Part shown: positions 19,795 to 25,251 of the stretch, piece by piece | Position numbering within the stretch: the first letter of the stretch is position 1 | How the letters are laid out: every line of letters starts with the position of its first letter | DNA from: a virus | Taxonomy: Duplodnaviria > Caudoviricetes | IMG/VR virus record: IMGVR_UViG_3300049141_000036 | Coordinates: 1 to 25,786 of that record | DNA length: 25,786 nt | Strand: one strand, 5' to 3' | Notes under the pieces: generated by a model | Seen by the model: only the letters and a program-made list of their open reading frames with translations | Databases searched by the model: none | What the model was told of the DNA's origin: nothing | Position numbers and translations under genes: made by a program

Positions 19795-19826
19795 TCCGTA
19801 CGCCTCCCTGCTGGGGAGGGTACGGA
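19795..19826 (-). promoter_or_regulatory. RBS-sequestering hairpin with an embedded -10-like element
   Basis: Minus strand TCCGTAC-CCTCCC-cagca-GGGAGG-c-GTACGGA-c-ATG: 13 bp stem, with TACCCT inside the 5' arm. Confidence 0.6.
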
Positions 19827-19863
19827 TTTGCGGCGCCCCAAGATCCGGGGGTCCGCGCGACGC

Positions 19864-20310
19864 TCAGCAGGCGTCGTGCTTCCACGCCCCGTCCTCACGG
19901 ACCCACGGCTGCGCCTGCTGGCTCAGCTTGGGGACGTCGTACGTGTACGACACCCGGGCCATGTCGCCGCTGATCTGATCGACGGTCAGCGTGCGGATCT
20001 CGTGCCGGCCGAGGGTCTTCACCGTCTGCTCGACGAGCGCGCGGTATACGGCCGGCTGTGCCTTCGCTGCGCACCGGGCGGAGAGCATCCGGTGTGCGGC
20101 GGCGGCGTCCGGCTTGAAGTACGCCGCGGAGTAGGCCCGTACAGCCTGCTCGACGGCGGCCCGGTCGGTGTCGGCCGGCTCCGGCTTGTCGGTGGCGGCG
20201 GACGCTCCGGGTTTCGGGCTGGCGGTGGCGGGCGGGTTGTCCGCGGTGCCGGAGCAGGCGGTGAGGGTGAGCAGGGCGAGGGCGGTGAGGGCCGCGGGGT
20301 GTGTGCGCAT
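19864..20310 (-). CDS. Lipoprotein
   Basis: MRTHPAALTALALLTLTAC lipobox, Pro/Ala linker and an NTF2-like ending (WVREDGAWK). No RBS, but CATCCT 7 nt upstream suggests a leaderless transcript. Confidence 0.8.
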   Translation of the reverse strand: MRTHPAALTALALLTLTACSGTADNPPATASPKPGASAATDKPEPADTDRAAVEQAVRAYSAAYFKPDAAAAHRMLSARCAAKAQPAVYRALVEQTVKTLGRHEIRTLTVDQISGDMARVSYTYDVPKLSQQAQPWVREDGAWKHDAC

Positions 20311-20482
20311 GCGGGTCAGGATGACCGACGGTCGGGCGGTGGGGGCCGGGTGTGATGGTGTCGTGACATGCGGGCGCCCCGTCGGGCGCTGTACCGGGCG
20401 GGGCGTGGAGTCCGCAGCGCGCAGCAGCCAGGAGCGCGGGTAGGGACGTGTCCACGGTACGAGTGTGCGGGGCGCAGCGTAA

Positions 20483-20515
20483 GGCCCCACCGCGTCGGGG
20501 GCGCGCGGTGGGGCC
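20483..20515 (-). terminator. Probable terminator of the membrane-protein operon
   Basis: Perfect 12-bp stem GGCCCCACCGCG / CGCGGTGGGGCC, 6 nt after the stop at 20522. Confidence 0.65.
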
Positions 20516-20521
20516 GGTCGG

Positions 20522-20605
20522 TCAGTGTCCGCAGCCGGGCCGCGACCACCAGCCGCAGGCGGCGCAGTACTCGTAGCCGAGGGCGGCGAGGAGGCGGTGG
20601 ATCAT
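20522..20605 (-). CDS. 27-aa Cys/His micro-protein (not in the ORF track)
   Basis: MIHRLLAALGYEYCAACGWWSRPGCGH*. ATGA overlap with the upstream gene, GAGGAGG RBS, GC3-rich codons. Confidence 0.65.
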   Translation of the reverse strand: MIHRLLAALGYEYCAACGWWSRPGCGH

Positions 20606-20934
20606 TGCTCGGTCACCTCCTCCCGCACTGGGTGCAGGATGCAGATAACCTCTGCTCGGTCCCTCTCCACTCTTGCGATCTCGCCTGTCTCACCTGCGAA
20701 AACGTCACCGGAAGGGGTGCCCCTCTCCGGTGGGGGAGTGGCGGACGAATCGGACACGCGGCGGCGGACGGACCACCACACCGCCGCGCCACCGGCGGCC
20801 CAGACCGCGAGCACCCCGGCTTCGGCGGACACGGCGAACACGACCGCGAACGCTGCGGCGACGAGCACCGCGGCAACGCAGCCACCCGCGCCCCGGCCCG
20901 CAGTCTCCCCGGCGAGCTGCTCCTGCTCGTCCAT
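20602..20934 (-). CDS. Membrane protein (2 TM)
   Basis: TGATG coupling. MDEQEQLAGE...CVAAVLVAAAFAVVFAVS...VLAVWAAGGAAVWWSVRRR. Confidence 0.75.
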   Translation of the reverse strand: MDEQEQLAGETAGRGAGGCVAAVLVAAAFAVVFAVSAEAGVLAVWAAGGAAVWWSVRRRVSDSSATPPPERGTPSGDVFAGETGEIARVERDRAEVICILHPVREEVTEQ

Positions 20935-21440
20935 CAGAGCGCCCCGTACAAGGTGGCCCCGGTCCAGTTCACAGCCTGCGCCAGCGGGACCGCGGCGACA
21001 CCGGCGACACCGGCCGAGGTGCCCAGGCAGATCCCGCACCAGGCGCCGCGCTTGAGGTCCGAGCCGTACCGAGATTTCTTCGCCGCGGCGAGCATGCCGC
21101 CGGTGAGGATCAGCAGGATGGCGCCGCCGGTCTGCGTGAGCGGCAGGTAGGCGACGCTGCCGGCGGTCTGCCCGGCCTGCCCGCCGACGCCCCAGACGAG
21201 GGCGACGTCGCCGAGCCAATTGGAGATCCACAGAACGCCGTCGGCGATCCAGCCGATGAATCCGCCGATCCCGAGGGTGACGAGCGCGCCGTACGCCCAC
21301 GCGGCGAGGAACGGCGCGAGGCGCCCGGCGTGGCCGAGCGGGTCGGTTCGCAGCGCTTTGACGCCGGGCCACCAGCCGACGAGGGTGACGGTGAGGATGA
21401 TGAGCCCGACGGTGACGCCGCCGAGGGTGACGATGGTCAT
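20934..21440 (-). CDS. Polytopic membrane protein
   Basis: MTIVTLGGVTVGLIIL..., about 4 hydrophobic Gly-rich segments, GAGGA RBS. Confidence 0.8.
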   Translation of the reverse strand: MTIVTLGGVTVGLIILTVTLVGWWPGVKALRTDPLGHAGRLAPFLAAWAYGALVTLGIGGFIGWIADGVLWISNWLGDVALVWGVGGQAGQTAGSVAYLPLTQTGGAILLILTGGMLAAAKKSRYGSDLKRGAWCGICLGTSAGVAGVAAVPLAQAVNWTGATLYGAL

Positions 21441-21448
21441 GGGTGTCC

Positions 21449-21598
21449 TCAGTGGAGGATGGCGACGCCGAGCGCCGCGAGGGTCAAGATCAGGGCGACG
21501 GTCCCGGCGATGGGCGGGACGTCGTGAAGCGCGAGCGCGCAGAGACCGAGCAGCGCACCGAGCGCTGCGAGCAGGAAGAACCAGCCGAACCCGGGCAC
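21449..21598 (-). CDS. Small 2-TM membrane protein
   Basis: GTG start, 49 aa (PGFGWFFLLAALGALLGLCALALHDVPPIAGTVALILTLAALGVAILH); fills the gap between its neighbours. Confidence 0.6.
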   Translation of the reverse strand: MPGFGWFFLLAALGALLGLCALALHDVPPIAGTVALILTLAALGVAILH

Positions 21599-21606
21599 GG
21601 CAGCGG

Positions 21607-22401
21607 CTACGCGGTGTGGAGGGCCGGCGGATAGTCGGCGAGGTCCGGCTCGTGCTTCTCGACCTCGGGGCGCAGCGTGCCGCGGATGGTGGAGTCGCCG
21701 ACGCGGCCGTACCCGGCGGCGAGGAGCGCATCGCGCATGGCGGCGGTGCCGGGTCGGGTGCCCGTGTCGTACAGCCGGCGGATCACGGCGCAGCGCGGGT
21801 CGCTGTACTTGATCTGCTCGGGGGCGGCGGGGGCCGGCTGCTCGACGACGGGCGGGAGCTGCGGCGCACGCTGCGGCATCGGCGGTACGACGGGGGCCGG
21901 GGTCTTGTCGACGACGCGCTCGACGACGGGGGCGTCGACATGCGGCGACGGGGCGGCGACGGGCGTCACCTTGGGCACCGGGGTGGCCGCGAGGTGCAGC
22001 AGGTGAGCCAGCACCGCCGGGGGCACCATCGACGTGACGGCGATCAACCATGCCTGGTTGTGGTCCATGTGCCCGGTCTGGACGAGGTGCGCAACGACCT
22101 GCGCGGCCAGCGCGAGGACGATCGCGAACGCTGCACCGATGGTGGCGGACGCCTTGCCGCGGGCTCCCTTGGGGCGGGTGGCGGCGACGACGGCGGCGAT
22201 ACCGGCGTAGGCCGAGAGAGAGAACGGCATGCCGTACGCCCACGGGTCAGTCCACCCGGCGTACTTGGCGACGTGGTACTCGCCGGGCATCGACATGACG
22301 AGGGTGGCGGCGAGGACTGCGGGGCGGCCGGCGGTGGTGGCGACGCGGGCGTACCAGGGTGCCGCTGCGGGTTGTGCGTGGGTAGGCTGCTGCTCAGCCA
22401 T
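21607..22401 (-). CDS. Spd-like (DUF2637-like) membrane protein
   Basis: Four TM segments with A..AGW...WAYGMP and VPPAVLAHLLHL motifs, a Pro-rich linker and a small C-terminal helical domain, resembling Streptomyces plasmid spread proteins. AGGAG RBS. Confidence 0.65.
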   Translation of the reverse strand: MAEQQPTHAQPAAAPWYARVATTAGRPAVLAATLVMSMPGEYHVAKYAGWTDPWAYGMPFSLSAYAGIAAVVAATRPKGARGKASATIGAAFAIVLALAAQVVAHLVQTGHMDHNQAWLIAVTSMVPPAVLAHLLHLAATPVPKVTPVAAPSPHVDAPVVERVVDKTPAPVVPPMPQRAPQLPPVVEQPAPAAPEQIKYSDPRCAVIRRLYDTGTRPGTAAMRDALLAAGYGRVGDSTIRGTLRPEVEKHEPDLADYPPALHTA

Positions 22402-22507
22402 GGGAGCTCACTTCTCCTGTGGTCAGGCCCTCGGCTGGTGTTCCCGCACCGTCCGGGGGCCGGTCGTTTGTGGGCGTCGTCGGGCGTCGTCGGCCCGTCG
22501 TGACGCG

Positions 22508-22569
22508 GTGAGGGGTACCCCTCACGGATGGAGGGTACCCCTCACGGGCGTGATGTGCACGCCTACGCT
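22508..22569. promoter_or_regulatory. Tandem operators and divergent promoters
   Basis: Perfect 18-bp palindrome GTGAGGGGTACCCCTCAC (22508-22525) and a 15/18 copy at 22528-22545. Minus-strand TACCCT lies within copy 2 and plus-strand TACGCT at 22564-22569. Confidence 0.75.
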
Positions 22570-22589
22570 CCGGATCCGGAGGTGATCAG

Positions 22590-22832
22590 GTGAGTGCGGT
22601 CGAGGATGTGCGGGCGGCGCTGCTCGCGATCGAGCAGATCGGCAGTGCGGCGGATCGGGCCAAGGTGGCGACTGACCTGCTGCGGGAGTGGCCGGAGCTG
22701 CACCGGACGCTGCGGGAGATCCGGCAACAGGCGGTGGTGACGATGGCTGAGTCGGGCATGGACTATCCGGAGATCGGCGAGGTGATCGGGGTGGATCGCT
22801 CGCGGGCGTGGCAGATCGCGAAGGGGAAGTAG
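22590..22832 (+). CDS. Small HTH DNA-binding protein, probable repressor
   Basis: GMDYPEIGEVIGVDRSRAWQI C-terminal HTH, GGAGG RBS, divergent from the Spd-like operon. Confidence 0.85.
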   Translation: MSAVEDVRAALLAIEQIGSAADRAKVATDLLREWPELHRTLREIRQQAVVTMAESGMDYPEIGEVIGVDRSRAWQIAKGK

Positions 22833-22902
22833 CGCTCGTCGTCGGCACCCGTCCGACGGGCGTTGACGTGCGTCCCGGTCCGGCCCGGGTGACGCTGGTG
22901 GT

Positions 22903-23112
22903 GTGTCTGCGCGTTCGCCCGTGATCGTCTATCCGCCGTCGCCGACGGGCGGCCGCAGGGTGCGCGTGGACCGAGAGATCCTCGGCCTGGCGTACAGCGT
23001 CAAGGATGTGACGGAGTTCCTGCGCCGGGCCGGCCTGGATGTCGACGAGGTGGACGTGGAGGCGACGGGCCTCATCGAGTGGCGGGGTGGTGGGCCGGAC
23101 GTCTGGACGTGA
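22903..23112 (+). CDS. Small hypothetical protein
   Basis: VIVYPPSPTGGRRVRV...FLRRAGL...IEWRGGGPDVW, GC3-rich frame; a pattern I recognise from Streptomyces hypothetical proteins. Confidence 0.75.
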   Translation: MSARSPVIVYPPSPTGGRRVRVDREILGLAYSVKDVTEFLRRAGLDVDEVDVEATGLIEWRGGGPDVWT

Positions 23113-23113
23113 C

Positions 23114-23191
23114 GGAGCCCCGCCGCGGATTCGAACCGCGCGCCCGTCGGCACTGGGGGTGCCGGGTTGGTCGGGCTTGCCTATGCGGGGC
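23114..23191 (-). ncRNA. tRNA-like structure lacking a D-arm and a canonical anticodon arm
   Basis: GCCCCGC ATAGGCAA GCCCG ACCAACC CGGCAC CCCCA GTGCCG A CGGGC G CGCGG TTCGAAT CCGCG GCGGGGC TCC: 7-bp acceptor stem and a perfect T-arm. Confidence 0.75.
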
Positions 23192-23199
23192 GTGATGTA

Positions 23200-23361
23200 T
23201 CAGAAGTACTTGCGCTTACCGTGCGCCTCGTTCAGCCTGGCCGCCCGACGGATTGCCCAGCCGATACGGCTGTACGTCCTCGTCCAGATCGAACCGTCGC
23301 GCGTGTCCTTGACGGCGTACCCGTGGCGCACTTCCACGACCTGAAACCGTGCTGGGTTCAT
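23200..23361 (-). CDS. 53-aa hypothetical protein (not in the ORF track)
   Basis: GGAGGAG RBS. MNPARFQVVEVRHGYAVKDTRDGSIWTRTYSRIGWAIRRAARLNEAHGKRKYF*. Confidence 0.8.
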   Translation of the reverse strand: MNPARFQVVEVRHGYAVKDTRDGSIWTRTYSRIGWAIRRAARLNEAHGKRKYF

Positions 23362-23372
23362 CTCTCCTCCTG

Positions 23373-23437
23373 CGGCCTGCCTCCTCAGCGCGGGTAGGCC
23401 ATGCCCCGCGGACGCCCCGGAGGGGGGGCGTTTCGGC
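23373..23437 (-). ncRNA. Type II hammerhead ribozyme (copy 2)
   Basis: GCC GAAA CGCCCC cccucc GGGGCG UC^ CGCGGG gcaUGGCCUa CCCGCG CUGAGGA GGC AGGCCG. Full core; predicted cleavage between 23411 and 23410; loop I/3' tail pseudoknot. Confidence 0.92.
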
Positions 23438-23712
23438 TAGTGACCGGTGCAGTCGACGACGTGGTGTCCCTTGCCCCAGTGGTACTTCAGCGGGCATGCC
23501 TGACACTCGGCGACAATCGGTCGGAGGTCGGAGCACTTGACCCACTGCCGTGATCGCGAGTCCAGCAGAAACACAGAGCAGTAATACACAGGCTCACGGT
23601 TGTTGAACGCTCCGCTGAGGATCGGCGCGGACAGGATCTCCACGCGCATTCCGCCCCACGTCGCGTGCCGACCGACACCCGGAATCAGAGGCTTCGTCAT
23701 CGTCGTCTGCAT
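23437..23712 (-). CDS. 91-aa hypothetical protein with a Cys/His-rich C-terminus
   Basis: GGAGGGG RBS. Beta-rich core followed by CQAC...H....HH...C..H. Confidence 0.75.
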   Translation of the reverse strand: MQTTMTKPLIPGVGRHATWGGMRVEILSAPILSGAFNNREPVYYCSVFLLDSRSRQWVKCSDLRPIVAECQACPLKYHWGKGHHVVDCTGH

Positions 23713-23723
23713 GTCCCCTCCAG

Positions 23724-23784
23724 TGGTCTGCCTCGTCAGGCCCGGTAGACCAATCCCGGACGACGCCCCGGAGGGCGTTTCGGC
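23724..23784 (-). ncRNA. Type II hammerhead ribozyme (copy 1)
   Basis: GCC GAAA CGCCC uccg GGGCG UC^ GUCCGG gauUGGUCUa CCGGGC CUGACGA GGC AGACCA. Full core; predicted cleavage between 23762 and 23761; pseudoknot UGGUCU/AGACCA. Confidence 0.93.
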
Positions 23785-23786
23785 TG

Positions 23787-23948
23787 TCAGCTCCGCGCGT
23801 CGCGCCCGTCGATGACGGCTCGATAGTGAGCGTCGAGCTTGATGGCAGCCGCCCTAACGTGCTCCGGCGTCTGCGGGCTCTTGCGGAGCGTCAGCAGCTC
23901 TCGCCGAACTGCACGAATGTCGCGAGTGCTCAGCGTGCTGGTGGCCAT
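23787..23948 (-). CDS. 53-aa basic helical hypothetical protein
   Basis: AGGAGAGGGG RBS. MATSTLSTRDIRAVRRELLTLRKSPQTPEHVRAAAIKLDAHYRAVIDGRDARS. Confidence 0.75.
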   Translation of the reverse strand: MATSTLSTRDIRAVRRELLTLRKSPQTPEHVRAAAIKLDAHYRAVIDGRDARS

Positions 23949-23987
23949 CTCGTCCCCTCTCCTGGGGCGCCCCGTGCGAGGCGCCGT

Positions 23988-24068
23988 GGTGTACGTACAC
24001 CGTAGCGTCGGGTGTACGTACACCGCAACCCCTCTCCCTGGATCCCTGTACGTACACCCCGCTACCAT
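23988..24068. promoter_or_regulatory. Three palindromic operators overlapping divergent promoters
   Basis: GGTGTACGTACACC at 23988-24001 and 24011-24024, TGTACGTACACC at 24047-24058. Minus-strand TTGCGG-N18-TACGGT (24028-23999). Plus-strand TACCAT (24063-24068) 6 nt before the ATG at 24075. Confidence 0.8.
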
Positions 24069-24074
24069 CGCCCC

Positions 24075-24275
24075 ATGCCGAACGCACCGCGCACCCAACA
24101 CCGCTCCGTCCGCATCGACGACGCCGACTGGGCGGACCTGAAGGAACGCGCCCCCGACGGGGACCGCTCCGCGGTGATCAAGGAACTCCTCGCGTGGTAC
24201 CTGCGCCGGCCCGGGGCGAAGCTGCCGACGCGGCCCGACGTGCCGGCCCCCGACGTCCCGTCGTCGGGGGGCTGA
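24075..24275 (+). CDS. Ribbon-helix-helix DNA-binding protein, probably leaderless
   Basis: MPNAPRTQHRSVRIDDADWADLKERAPDGDRSAVIKELLAWYL: alternating beta strand, helix, turn, then an RS.VI..LL..YL helix. Confidence 0.82.
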   Translation: MPNAPRTQHRSVRIDDADWADLKERAPDGDRSAVIKELLAWYLRRPGAKLPTRPDVPAPDVPSSGG

Positions 24276-24293
24276 CGGGGCGTCGCTGCTGCG

Positions 24294-24716
24294 TCAACGA
24301 CCGTCGTCGTCCGCCCCGTCGAGGGCGGCGAGGATGCGGCTCGCGTGCCCGCAAGGGAGGTCGCGGCATGCGCCTTGCATACGGTCAAGGACGGCACGCG
24401 CGGCGTCGCCCTCGCGGAGCTCCGTCTCGACGTGCTGGCGCAGGAGCGCGCCCTCGTCGGTGGAGAGCACTCCGCGGCCGGCGCGGGAGAGCAGGACGCC
24501 GAGAGAGTCGCGCCGGGCGGAGCGGAGCACGTCGTCGCTGGCGCCGGCGCGGGCCAGCAGTACCCGCAGCGGCGTCCCGGCGGGCGTCGTCGTCGCGTCG
24601 TCGGCGTCGTCGGTGACGGGCGTCGCGAGGGCGTCGGCGATGCGTCGGACCTGCGTCGTCAGGTGCTCGACGGCTCGGACGACGAGCAGGGCGGCGGGTC
24701 GGTAGGGGTCGGGCAT
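24294..24716 (-). CDS. Hypothetical phage protein
   Basis: GAGGAG RBS. MPDPYRPAALLVVRAVEHLTTQVRRIADAL...; helical. Confidence 0.7.
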   Translation of the reverse strand: MPDPYRPAALLVVRAVEHLTTQVRRIADALATPVTDDADDATTTPAGTPLRVLLARAGASDDVLRSARRDSLGVLLSRAGRGVLSTDEGALLRQHVETELREGDAARAVLDRMQGACRDLPCGHASRILAALDGADDDGR

Positions 24717-24844
24717 GTGGGCTCCTCGTAGTCGGCGAGGTCCCGTAGGACGTCGCGGTGCCAGTGCGGTTCGCTGCTGGGCGTACAGGGGGCATAGGCG
24801 GGGCCGTGGCACTGGAACGGACAGGCGGCGCACGGGCCTGTCAC
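24659..24844 (-). CDS. Small Cys-rich hypothetical protein
   Basis: GTGA coupling with the upstream gene; CAACPFQCH. Overlaps the next gene by 58 nt, so the 3' part is uncertain. Confidence 0.45.
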   Translation of the reverse strand: MTGPCAACPFQCHGPAYAPCTPSSEPHWHRDVLRDLADYEEPTCPTPTDPPPCSSSEPSST

Positions 24845-25041
24845 CGGAGTGCCTCGTCGAGCGCGGCGCGGGTGATGGCGGCGGCGTCCTGGGCGGCGGT
24901 GCCGACGTGGACGCTGTGGGGCCGTGCTGCGCGCTCGGCGCGGTGGGCGGTGGCGCGCTGCTGGCGGCGGTGGTCGAGGTAGGTGAGCAGGCCGAGGATG
25001 GGGATGGACAGGGCGGCGAGGAGCGCGGGAGCGGCGGTCAC
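24841..25041 (-). CDS. Small protein with an N-terminal TM helix
   Basis: GTGA overlap. TAAPALLAALSIPILGLLTYLDHRR... Confidence 0.6.
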   Translation of the reverse strand: MTAAPALLAALSIPILGLLTYLDHRRQQRATAHRAERAARPHSVHVGTAAQDAAAITRAALDEALR

Positions 25042-25238
25042 GGCTTCACCACCGGCAGGACGTTCCGGCCGCACCACACGGCTACACGCAGGGTGATCTG
25101 CGCGGCCAGATCCTCGTGGCCCTGCGGGCCGAGCCGGACGGGCGTGGTGCGCATCGCCTCCTCGACGACGCGGTACAGCGGCAGCAGCTCGCGCAGCATC
25201 TCGACGTCGGTCATGCCTGGTTCGCGGGGAGCGGTCAT
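25038..25238 (-). CDS. Hypothetical phage protein
   Basis: 66 aa, GAGGGG RBS, coupled to the downstream gene. Confidence 0.65.
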   Translation of the reverse strand: MTAPREPGMTDVEMLRELLPLYRVVEEAMRTTPVRLGPQGHEDLAAQITLRVAVWCGRNVLPVVKP

Positions 25239-25251
25239 CGTCCGTCGCCCC

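Noticed and set aside
23114-23145. tRNA 3' half as an attL/attR remnant
   Set aside because: The complementary 5' acceptor strand and internal stems are present, phage genes lie on both sides and no integrase is adjacent.
23114-23191. Canonical decoding tRNA
   Set aside because: No D-stem, no U8 and no 7-nt anticodon loop, so no anticodon can be assigned.
23373-23784. CRISPR-like or terminator repeats
   Set aside because: Only two copies, separated by a full ORF; they are fully explained as hammerhead ribozymes.
24247-24270. 9-bp hairpin at the end of the RHH gene
   Set aside because: Plausible terminator between convergent genes, but it lies in coding sequence and such stems arise easily at this GC content.
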